Positions 1-8,365 of a stretch of DNA of 64,000 nucleotides are shown here, piece by piece. The stretch comes from Candidatus Poribacteria bacterium (lineage in GTDB: Bacteria > Poribacteria > WGA-4E > WGA-3G), in assembly GCA_965215265.1 (NCBI GenBank), contig OZ244048.1, positions 2,976,001-3,040,000 on the forward strand, in the 5' to 3' direction. The translations under genes were made by a program, and so were the position numbers. Position 1 is the first letter of the stretch; every line of letters starts with the position of its first letter. Under the pieces are notes generated by a model. That model did no database searches and was not told the origin of the DNA. It saw only the letters and a program-made list of their open reading frames with translations.

Positions 1-691
1 CCTAAGGAATCTCAGACGAGATGTACACAGGTATTAACAATACATAATCCTTGATGGGGCAGAGATATACGAAAACCCTATCAAGGCGGATGCAATGTTA
101 AAACCCTTAGAAATCTCGCCCGAGCCGCTCTAGGTATCGCCTTTAAAGTCAAAATCTAAGGAATCTCAGACGAGATGTACACAGGTATTAACAATACATA
201 ATCCTTTATGGGGCAGAGATATACGAAAACCCAATCAAGGCGGATGCAATGTTAAAACCCTTAGAAATCTCGCCCGAGCCGCTCTAGGTATCGCCTTTAA
301 AATCAAAACCTAAGGAATCTCAGACGAGATGTACACAGGCATTAACAATACATAATCCTTGATGGGGCAGAGATATACGAAAACCCAATCAAGGCGGATG
401 CAATGTTAAAACCCTTAGAAATCCCGCCTGAGCCGCTCTAGGTATCGCCTTTAAAGTCAAAATCTAAGGAATCTCAGACGAGATGCACACAAGCATTAAC
501 AATACATAATCCTTGATGGGGCAGAGATATACGAAAACCCTATCAAGGCGGATGCAATGTTAAAACCCTTAGAAATCTCGCCTGAGCCGCTCTAGGCATC
601 GCCTTTAAAGTCAAAACCTAAGGAATCTCAGACGAGATGCACACAAGCATTAACAATACATAATCCTTGATGGGGCAGAGATATACGAAAA
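1..691. repeat. 154-bp tandem repeat, ~4.5 copies (runs off the window's left edge)
   Basis: ACGAGATG recurs at 16, 170, 324, 478 and 632 (period 154) with a few substitutions. Each unit holds a diverged sense copy and a partial inverted copy of the dispersed 60-bp element. Confidence 0.95.
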
Positions 692-692
692 A

Positions 693-752
693 ACGAGATT
701 TACACACGAGTACTCACGACATAAACGTTGATGGTACGGAGATATACAAAAA
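693..752 (+). repeat. Dispersed 60-bp element copy directly upstream of the CBS gene
   Basis: ACGAGATTTACACACGAG...GATGGTACGGAGATATACAAAAA, the reverse complement of the copies at 26549, 29127 etc. Confidence 0.9.
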
Positions 753-753
753 T

Positions 754-1710
754 ATGAAAAATCCTAACACCACAGACACTTCTGACGAGAAAAATGAGCA
801 CGGGCTGCTTTCAGAAACACCGGGTGGGACGAAAATCGAACTATCTGACGCGCTGGTTGTTTATGACGAACACGAAGCGACACAGCAGAAGCGAGGCTTC
901 TTTAGACGTTTAAAACGGAAGAGCATGCCCTCTCGTGAACAATTGGGCCACCTGCTTATGGAGAATATTCAGGCGTTTCCGGAAAAGGAAGCCCGACTGC
1001 TTCGCGCCGTTTTCTCTTTGACAACCATGTCAACGCGCGAAGTGATGGTACCTCTGTCAGAGATTGTTGCGTTGACTTTAAACTCCTCCTCTGCCCAAGT
1101 TCAAGACCTTTATCATAACTTTAACTATCGTTACATACCTATCTACAATGAACGGATTGACTGGTTACTCGGCATTATTAACACTGTTGAAGTACTCTCA
1201 ACCGGGCAGCATTTTTCCGATTTATCGGCGTTCGTTCAGAAAGCGTATTATGTCCCTGAAGTCAAACCTGCTATTGAGTTGATGGACGAGCTGAGACAAG
1301 CGGATCAACCTGTTGCAATTGTGATTAACGAGCATGGGAGTTGTATCGGGTTTGTGGAATTGATTGATATTTTAGAGAAAATTGTGGGCGATATAGCCGA
1401 CAACAGAAAACGCGAGGCACCGAGGGTAGAAAAAATTGGAAAAGGTGTCTGGCAATTGGATGCCCGGGCATCAATTGACGATGTCAATACAGAACTCGGC
1501 ACCGATATTAACACAAGTCAGTGTGATACGATAGGGGGCTTTATACTCATGCTGCTGGGCAAATTGCCGAGCGCAGGTGAAACTGTAGGATATGATGGGT
1601 TTGAATTCAATATAGAGGAAGTCTTTGATTACGGGATTGCTACCATCAAAGCTGTTAAAGGCGGCATTTCAACGCCGTGGAAGAACGGGTTGAGCCGAAA
1701 AGCAAAATGA
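754..1710 (+). CDS. CBS-pair + CorC/HlyC domain protein (hemolysin/CNNM-like, no TM domain)
   Basis: Motifs 'TREVMVP', 'AIVINEHG..IGFVELIDILEKIVGDI', 'DTIGGFIL..LGKLP..GE'. ATG 754 preferred because the ORF extension from 667 lies inside repeats. Confidence 0.85.
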   Translation: MKNPNTTDTSDEKNEHGLLSETPGGTKIELSDALVVYDEHEATQQKRGFFRRLKRKSMPSREQLGHLLMENIQAFPEKEARLLRAVFSLTTMSTREVMVPLSEIVALTLNSSSAQVQDLYHNFNYRYIPIYNERIDWLLGIINTVEVLSTGQHFSDLSAFVQKAYYVPEVKPAIELMDELRQADQPVAIVINEHGSCIGFVELIDILEKIVGDIADNRKREAPRVEKIGKGVWQLDARASIDDVNTELGTDINTSQCDTIGGFILMLLGKLPSAGETVGYDGFEFNIEEVFDYGIATIKAVKGGISTPWKNGLSRKAK

Positions 1711-1841
1711 AATTGAAACGGCATCGCCGGCACATTTTCAAAAAGAAGAACATCCGCGCATTAATTATCTGGTACCTGATTTTGCTTATTGGTATCATCA
1801 CTCTCGTTTGGAAGATGCCGGCTATTGTTTCACGCCTCTAA
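1707..1841 (+). CDS. Small 44-aa membrane protein
   Basis: ATGA overlap with the upstream stop. MKLKRHRRHIFKKKNIRALIIWYLILLIGIITLVWKMPAIVSRL: basic N-terminus plus one hydrophobic helix. Confidence 0.6.
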   Translation: MKLKRHRRHIFKKKNIRALIIWYLILLIGIITLVWKMPAIVSRL

Positions 1842-1988
1842 TACCAAAAAAACGGGGTGTCCGGTAACGCTCTGGAGGTGAAAAACTAGGAATGGGCCGA
1901 AACCGTTTCGGCGGGTCCACGAGATATGACGAAACCGCCACAAACACCAAAGATAGAATGGGATGCACTAACATCAACCGCCCAATAG

Positions 1989-2052
1989 GTGGCAGGTAAA
2001 AGGTAATCTTATCTCTCCTGAAAGGAGCGATAAAGAATACCTATCCTGCCAC
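1989..2052. repeat. Imperfect palindrome (GTGGCAGG...TCCTGAAAGGAG...CCTGCCAC), REP/MITE-like
   Basis: Long inverted repeat; related copies at ~4588-4651 and ~6196-6259, and a collapsed one at ~3086-3105. Confidence 0.8.
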
Positions 2053-2091
2053 TTTATCTACACGTTACCTAAACACTAACACTCTCAAAAT

Positions 2092-3069
2092 ATGAATGTC
2101 GTTCCAAAAGAATTTATCCGCGTTATGCCAGATGCACTCCGCGGCTTCATCCGTGAAGTTTTCCGGAGTGCAGGGACCTCGGCGGATGACGCTGCGCACA
2201 TGGCTCATCTGCTAGTTCTCACGGATCTGCGCGGTGTGTTCAGCCATGGCACGTCCCAAACGCCGGGATATGTCGGTATGATGCTTGATGGCAAAGTCAA
2301 TCCACGTCCGAACGTCCGCTGCGTTGATGATTCCCCGGCGACGGCTGTCTACGATGGCGACGGCGGTATGGGACATTTTGCCTCGTATCAGGCTGCAAAG
2401 GCAGCCGTCAAAAAAGCGAAAGAGATGGGCCTAGGTGCCGCGACGAGCCGGAATCACTTCCACTTTGGGAGTGCTGGCAAGTACTCACGGCTCGCACTTG
2501 AAGCAGATTGCGCCGGGTTTGCGGTCTCTTGCCACCGTTTTCGACACAGCCCGAACGGAGTGATTGCCACCGCAACGGGTGCCTCGCCGATGAGTTTTGC
2601 GATGCCGGCAGGCAACCAGCCGCCGATAGTTATCGATATGGCAACCGGGATTGATGCGAAGCTGCCGTTCGACCAAGCGTTTGAACAGAGTCCTGCAGCC
2701 TTCTTCAAGATGTTGGGGTTGAGTCATGTGAGTCATGCACTCGGGGGAATCATGGCAGGCATCTGGCTATTCGATAAGCCACCGGATCCTCCTACAATCT
2801 GGGAGGGTGCCAATCAAGGGGCTTTCATCGCAGCGATTCACATTGCCCGGTTCCGACCGGTTGACGCGTATAAAGCGGAAATCGATCAACATATCCACGA
2901 TGCACGACAGATGCAACCGGCCCCGGGTTATGACCGAGCGCATCTACCCGGCGGCTTAGAATGGGAGCGCGAACGCGAATGGACTGAAATTGGCATACCG
3001 GTTGGTAAAGCACATCAGGAACAGTTGAAAAGCGTTGCTGAACGAGTTGGCATTCCTCCTCCATTCTAA
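2092..3069 (+). CDS. Ldh_2 family (malate/L-lactate/ureidoglycolate-type) dehydrogenase
   Basis: 'TDLRGVFSHG', 'DGDGGMGH', 'RNHFHFG', 'IDMAT' and C-terminal 'LPGGLE' motifs. Confidence 0.85.
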   Translation: MNVVPKEFIRVMPDALRGFIREVFRSAGTSADDAAHMAHLLVLTDLRGVFSHGTSQTPGYVGMMLDGKVNPRPNVRCVDDSPATAVYDGDGGMGHFASYQAAKAAVKKAKEMGLGAATSRNHFHFGSAGKYSRLALEADCAGFAVSCHRFRHSPNGVIATATGASPMSFAMPAGNQPPIVIDMATGIDAKLPFDQAFEQSPAAFFKMLGLSHVSHALGGIMAGIWLFDKPPDPPTIWEGANQGAFIAAIHIARFRPVDAYKAEIDQHIHDARQMQPAPGYDRAHLPGGLEWEREREWTEIGIPVGKAHQEQLKSVAERVGIPPPF

Positions 3070-3181
3070 ATGTTGCGAGATAGGTATGGCAGGATAGCCC
3101 CGCCACTCGCAACCCACTGGGCAGCATCCAATTATCTATCTTTACATAAACACTCTCAAATATTGAAAGGAAATTAAAACT

Positions 3182-4519
3182 ATGTACTATTTCAAAACTT
3201 TGTTGGCAGGAGTCGTGCTTTGTCTTTTAACGCTATCTACTGTCTTGTTTGCACAGGATGAACTCATCATTATTTCGCCGCATCCGGAGGGCATTGAAAC
3301 CGAGTTTGGTAAAAATTTTGAGGCCTGGTACCAGGAGCAGACAGGCAGAAGCGTCAAGACTGATTGGCGTGATGTGGGAGGGACTTCTTCCAACTACCGA
3401 TTCATTGAATCGGAATTTAAGCGGGTCCCCGATGGAATCGGGATTGACATTTTCTTTGGCGGTGGAACGGATAGTTACCTTCGGCTTGCAAACAATGAAC
3501 TATTAAGCCCCTACAAGCTGCCTGAAGCACAATTGGAACAAATTCCACAAACATTCTATGGGATTCCAGTCTATGACGCGGCATATCGGTGGTACGGTGC
3601 TGCTTTATCCAGTTTTGGCATCATGTACAATGAGGAGTTACGGACGCTACTTCAACTTCCGGAAGCAAAAAGGTGGGTGGATTTAGGGGATCCGGCGTTG
3701 CTTGGTAAAATTGGTACTGCAGATCCGAGGGAAAGTGGTTCTGCACACATGATGTACGAAATTATCCTTCAAACCCACGGATGGGAAGACGGATTTGCGC
3801 TTCTGACGAAAATTGGTGGAAATATAAAAACATTCTCCGCAGGGGCTAACGCTATTCCGAAAGATGTCGTCACAGGACAAGTCATTTATGGATTGGCCAT
3901 TGATTTTTACGCATACGGTCAGATTGTTGTCGTCGGTGAGGATAAAATTAAATATGTGATGCCCAGTGACGGCACGGTAGTCAATCCGGATGCCATTGCT
4001 ATTCTCAAAGGCGCGCCGAATATGACGGTCGCGCAAAAGTTTTTGGAATTCGTGCTGTCTGAACGTGCACAGAAACTCTGGATGCTTCGCGATACCGATG
4101 CGGAGGGACCCACCTGGAAGGGCGGTTTGAACCGCTCAAGCGTGCTACCAGGGCTCTACGATAAACTCGGAGAAAGAGCTGTCGTTACAAACCCATTTAC
4201 ACTTCCGTTCACCCCCTTTCAATATGACTCAGATAAGGGTGGCACGCGCTGGGATATCATTAACGAACTCTTCGGCGTGCTGATTATTGACTCACACAAA
4301 GACCTGGTTAACGCGTGGAAGGCAATTCGGCAGTGTTCAGATCAGCAAAAGCGTGATGCAGCAATTGCAGCATTTACCCGGATGCCTCTCTCTGAAGAAG
4401 AGGCGATGCAGCTGGCTAAGACTGAATGGAAGAATGCGGTATTCCGCAACCAAAAGATTAAAGAGTGGGGTCAATTCGCCAAGGCGAAGTTCAAGGAAGC
4501 ACGTAATCTGGCGAAATAG
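3182..4519 (+). CDS. ABC transporter substrate-binding protein (Fe3+/thiamine/2-AEP-like)
   Basis: Signal peptide; 'DIFFGGG', 'ADPRESGSA', 'NPDAIAILKGAPN..AQKFLEFVLS'. Confidence 0.85.
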   Translation: MYYFKTLLAGVVLCLLTLSTVLFAQDELIIISPHPEGIETEFGKNFEAWYQEQTGRSVKTDWRDVGGTSSNYRFIESEFKRVPDGIGIDIFFGGGTDSYLRLANNELLSPYKLPEAQLEQIPQTFYGIPVYDAAYRWYGAALSSFGIMYNEELRTLLQLPEAKRWVDLGDPALLGKIGTADPRESGSAHMMYEIILQTHGWEDGFALLTKIGGNIKTFSAGANAIPKDVVTGQVIYGLAIDFYAYGQIVVVGEDKIKYVMPSDGTVVNPDAIAILKGAPNMTVAQKFLEFVLSERAQKLWMLRDTDAEGPTWKGGLNRSSVLPGLYDKLGERAVVTNPFTLPFTPFQYDSDKGGTRWDIINELFGVLIIDSHKDLVNAWKAIRQCSDQQKRDAAIAAFTRMPLSEEEAMQLAKTEWKNAVFRNQKIKEWGQFAKAKFKEARNLAK

Positions 4520-4529
4520 TTTTTTCGCG

Positions 4530-4958
4530 TTTTTGTATATTTCAGCCCGATAACGCCTGATGTATTGTCAATGACTGTGTAAATCTCGTGGCAGGCTAGG
4601 TATTCTTTGTCTCTCCTGAAAGGAGAGACAAGATAACCTTATACCTGCCATCTATAGATCGGAGATATCTTAGGCATAGCGTAGCATAAAGCGGCTTTTT
4701 CGTCTACTAGAGTACCTTCAACGCTTATGCTTTTGATCGCTCGTGTGTAAATCTCGTCGGAGATATCTTAGGTATAGCATAAGGAACCTCCGACGAGATT
4801 TGTAAAGGCGTTAACATTGCAGCAGCCTTTATGGAACTACAGTAGACAAAAAACGAGATTTGTATAGGCCTTATCAAAGCAGCAACCTTTATAGTACTGC
4901 AGTAGACGAAAACACAGGTCATTGCGACATAAGTGATGACGGTACGGAGATATCCAAG
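4530..4958. repeat. Mosaic (BIME-like) cluster of 60-bp elements in both orientations plus an inserted palindrome
   Basis: Minus copies ~4530-4589 and ~4697-4757; plus copies 4793-4852 and 4853-4912; partial copy 4913-4958; palindrome 4588-4651. Confidence 0.9.
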
Positions 4959-6089
4959 TTAACGCCGGGATGCCATATCAAACCCTACCGCTGCCACCAA
5001 TACCAGCCCTTTAATAATATCCTGCCAAGATGCATCCATATTCGCCATGCTCATTCCGTTGTTGAGGCTTTCCATGACGAGCGCGCCTAACATGGCCCCG
5101 AAAATACTCCCGCGTCCGCCCATTAAGCTCGCACCGCCGATGACGCATGCAGCAATAGCATCTAATTCCAATAAGCGCCCGGCCTCTGGTCCCGCACTCC
5201 CGACGCGTGCTGTTAGCACAACGCCGGCAATTGCCATCAATGCCCCCATCGTTGCGAACACCCGCAGCGTAATACTGCGCACGTTGACACCGGATAAATA
5301 CGCTGCATCTGCATTGCCACCTACGGCATAGACGTAACGCCCGAAACGGGTGTAGTTTGCAATGAAATGGAAGGCGAACGCTAATATGAACAAAATGCAC
5401 ACCGGAATCGGAATGCCTTTGTGCGTATTCATCACCGTGGTGAATGCCACAATCAGCAACCAGGTCCCGCCCAATTTCACGAGAAATAGGGAACGGGGCG
5501 GGCGAAAACTGGCATCTGAAAATCCATCAAAGCCATTCTGACGCGTGGCGTGCTGCCGATAAAAACCGTAACCACTCACGCTTAACGCAATCAGCATCAG
5601 TACCCATCCCGGTGTTTGTGGGAGGTAGGCGTTCCCGATTGCTTTTAACCAATTGTCCGGTAGAAGAATCGTCTCCCCTTTTGTCAGTGCCAGCATCACT
5701 CCGCGATAGACAAGGAATCCGCCTAAGGTGACGATAAACGCCGGTATCCGCTGATAGGCGACAAGGTAGCCTTGGACGATGCCGAATAAAATGCCAACGC
5801 AGATGACAACCGATAGTGTCACCGCGACCGGTTGTCCCCACCAAACGTGCAGGATTGCTGCAAGTGCCCCGAGCAGCCCCGCACCATATCCGACGGACAG
5901 ATCTATGTTCGCAGATACAATTACGAACACCATGCCGATGGCGAGGATTGCTGTTACTGCGCCCTGACGTGAGAGATTAGATAAATTCCGGGTGCTGAGG
6001 AAGGTTCCGCCTGTGAGTAGTGTGAAGATTGCCCAGACACAGAGAAGCGCTATTAGCATCGCATAGGTGCGGAGATTTAGATGCTTCAT
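4959..6089 (-). CDS. Monosaccharide ABC transporter permease (XylH/GguB-like)
   Basis: 'IDLSVG', 'IPAFIVTLG', 'TRFGRYVYAVGGN', 'ELDAIAACVIGGASLMGGRG'. Confidence 0.9.
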   Translation of the reverse strand: MKHLNLRTYAMLIALLCVWAIFTLLTGGTFLSTRNLSNLSRQGAVTAILAIGMVFVIVSANIDLSVGYGAGLLGALAAILHVWWGQPVAVTLSVVICVGILFGIVQGYLVAYQRIPAFIVTLGGFLVYRGVMLALTKGETILLPDNWLKAIGNAYLPQTPGWVLMLIALSVSGYGFYRQHATRQNGFDGFSDASFRPPRSLFLVKLGGTWLLIVAFTTVMNTHKGIPIPVCILFILAFAFHFIANYTRFGRYVYAVGGNADAAYLSGVNVRSITLRVFATMGALMAIAGVVLTARVGSAGPEAGRLLELDAIAACVIGGASLMGGRGSIFGAMLGALVMESLNNGMSMANMDASWQDIIKGLVLVAAVGFDMASRR

Positions 6090-6137
6090 TTTTTCTAAAG
6101 TGGGACATTCAACCTATTGCATATCTTGACATTCAAA

Positions 6138-6338
6138 TTTTTGTATATTTCAGCCCGATAACGCCTGATGTATTGTCAATGACTGTGTAAATCTCGTGGC
6201 AGGCTAGGTATTCTTTGTCTCTCCTGAAAGGAGAGACAAGATAACCTTATACCTGCCATCTATAGATCGGAGATATCTTAGGCATAGCGTAGCGGAGAGC
6301 GGCTCCCAGCGGGTGATGACGGTACGGAGATATCCAAG
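6138..6338. repeat. Direct copy of 4530-4685 (156 bp) plus a partial element at 6313-6338
   Basis: 6138-6293 reads identical to 4530-4685; GTGATGACGGTACGGAGATATCCAAG is shared with 4933-4958. Confidence 0.92.
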
Positions 6339-7102
6339 AATAAGTTATGAAAATTTTGGCTCGTGCTTTTGCCGATTGCTTCTGCTGAGGTGCCGCGGAG
6401 CTCCGCTATTTTTTGTGCGACAGCGGCGACATACGCAGGTTCGTTGCGTTTGCCGCGTCGAAATTGCGGTGCCAGCCACGGACAATCGGTTTCAATGAGC
6501 AGACGTTCTTCGGGGACTTCGCGTGCCACTCCATGAACTGCAGCAGCATTCCGGTATGTAACGATTCCACCAATGCCGATGTACATTTCACAAACAGGAC
6601 TGAGTTCCAGGCTCCTACGCATCAGCTGTACGTCACCTGTAAAGCAGTGCAACACGCCGCGCACCTTTTCCTGCTGCGCCTCTAAAATCGGTAGGATATC
6701 CATATATGCATCACGGTTGTGGATGACTATTGGAAGGGCAGTCTCCACAGCGAGCGCTAACTGTTGTTCAAATACCTTTTTTTGGAGTAGCGGTGAACAG
6801 CGGTTGCGGTAGTAATCCAACCCCATTTCACCGAGGGCGAGGACTTTCGGATGAGCTGAGAGTTCACGAAACGTTTTTAAGACATCTGACGTGAAATATT
6901 CTGCATCATGCGGGTGCATCCCGACAGTGGCGTAGACGTTCTTGTGTTTTTCAGCGACATCTATAGCGCCGAGGCTAGTTTCAAGATCAAAGCCAATAAC
7001 GAGGATTGTGTCAATTCCGGCATCTCGTGCGCGACGTATCACCGCACCCCGGTCGGCATCAAACTGGGCGAGTTGGATGTGTGCATGCGAATCAATAAAC
7101 AT
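6278..7102 (-). CDS. tatD: TatD family DNase
   Basis: 'IDSHAH', 'GMHPH', 'GEMGLDY', 'IHNRDA', 'GVLHCFTG', 'ETDCPWLAP'. The last ~20 aa are repeat-derived. Confidence 0.92.
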   Translation of the reverse strand: MFIDSHAHIQLAQFDADRGAVIRRARDAGIDTILVIGFDLETSLGAIDVAEKHKNVYATVGMHPHDAEYFTSDVLKTFRELSAHPKVLALGEMGLDYYRNRCSPLLQKKVFEQQLALAVETALPIVIHNRDAYMDILPILEAQQEKVRGVLHCFTGDVQLMRRSLELSPVCEMYIGIGGIVTYRNAAAVHGVAREVPEERLLIETDCPWLAPQFRRGKRNEPAYVAAVAQKIAELRGTSAEAIGKSTSQNFHNLFLDISVPSSPAGSRSPLRYA

Positions 7103-7114
7103 GTTTTCCTTTTG

Positions 7115-7825
7115 CTACATCAACGGCGTTCTAATCACAGTTTCAAGGGTGTGCGCACGGCGGGGCTGCGTGACTAGAAATAGAATCAGATCTGCAACAT
7201 CTTCAGGGAGTGTGAGATGCTCAATTACATCGTCTGGATGGTTATCCTGCCGCATTTTGGTATCTACGGGTCCCGGACAGACAACGGATGCTTTCACACC
7301 GTGCGCTCTTCCCTCATTATTGGTCGTCTCTGTGAAACCGACGACAGCAAATTTAGAGGCACAATACGCACCGCCGTTCACATGTCCATATTTGCCGGAA
7401 ACCGATGAGACATTGACGATATGCCCATAACTCTGCTGGCACATGTGGCTGAACACGGCTTGCGTGCAGAGGAACACACCCTTGAGGTTGACTGCCATCG
7501 TCATATCCCACTCCTCTTCGCGAATTTTTGGAATCGGGTTGTGAATCGCTACACCAGCATTGTTGACGAGGATGTCCACTTTCCCGAAGGTATCAACTGT
7601 TTTTTTCATCATCATATCAACGTGCGTTTTATGCTGCACATCGGTTGGGATAGCGACAGCACGTCTACCTAACTGTTTTATTTCCTCTGCGACGCCTGTG
7701 ATTTCGGTGTTTGTCCGTGCGGCCAGGGCGATATCGGCACCTTCCTTCGCGAAGGTTAAAGCGGTCGCACGTCCGATGCCGCGTCCACCGCCGGTGATAA
7801 TCGCTACATGATTTTCAAGTTTCAC
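7115..7825 (-). CDS. SDR family oxidoreductase
   Basis: TGGGRGIG, NNAG and YCASK motifs. Probable GTG start at 7825 after AAAGGA. Confidence 0.9.
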   Translation of the reverse strand: MKLENHVAIITGGGRGIGRATALTFAKEGADIALAARTNTEITGVAEEIKQLGRRAVAIPTDVQHKTHVDMMMKKTVDTFGKVDILVNNAGVAIHNPIPKIREEEWDMTMAVNLKGVFLCTQAVFSHMCQQSYGHIVNVSSVSGKYGHVNGGAYCASKFAVVGFTETTNNEGRAHGVKASVVCPGPVDTKMRQDNHPDDVIEHLTLPEDVADLILFLVTQPRRAHTLETVIRTPLM

Positions 7826-8365
7826 AGATTGTTCCTTTCTTGTATTTCCGTAGTCGGAGGAGACTATTGTACGGGTTTTGTCTGGAGATGAACCTGGGAA
7901 AATAGTATTACAGATTAGTTTCATTGTCAAATTGCGTTTAAGGCGGAAACAGATGTCAAAAAGCACGGGTTAAAAATCCGGAGGTGGCGAGGGCCTCGGT
8001 GACGTGTAAAAAATGGGTTTACGAATCAGTGACAATTCACGAAATGTTTCACGAAGGATTTTCTTGAAAGTAGATGGCCACTGCTTTCTCATCATGCAAA
8101 AGCGATTTTCTTCGTGAAAATCATCACTCGTTTGGGAACTTCTCCCTGCTCGCAGGGAAGAATCCCCTTTCGTGCTATCTCATCGGCTATCATGTGATTA
8201 TATGCCTGCGGCGTGCTACGGCTGCCCGATATAGTGCAGCAGCAAGCGTGAGGGTAGTCTCAGCATCATCAAGTGCCTGCTTCGCGTCAATGGAGAAGTG
8301 ATCTTAAAACTCGGTCGGATGAAACCTAATCTCATGACTGAAAGCAAACGCTCAAAATAGAAGAG

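Noticed and set aside
1-691. CRISPR array
   Set aside because: Whole 154-bp units repeat with no unique spacers, and there are no cas genes; the same applies to 26549-26803.
693-710. Illumina adapter contamination (CGAGATCTACAC-like)
   Set aside because: Only a short imperfect match; the copies are intergenic, diverged and orientation-biased.
667-753. Element as a coding motif (RDLHT...IDVDGT, resembling a DDE or HAD motif)
   Set aside because: Other copies have stops in this and the other frames; the ORF extensions at 667, 4725 and 30298 are repeat read-through.
4793-4912. DGR template/variable repeats
   Set aside because: Differences among copies are not adenine-specific and there is no reverse transcriptase in the window.
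7978-7992. tmRNA/tRNA 3'-end att site (GAGGTGGCG, also at ~61627)
   Set aside because: Only 9-10 bp, with no T-arm or CCA context.
8190-8300. Possible HEPN-like gene remnant on the minus strand (FSIDAKQALDDAE...)
   Set aside because: Too short, with no start and no diagnostic motif.
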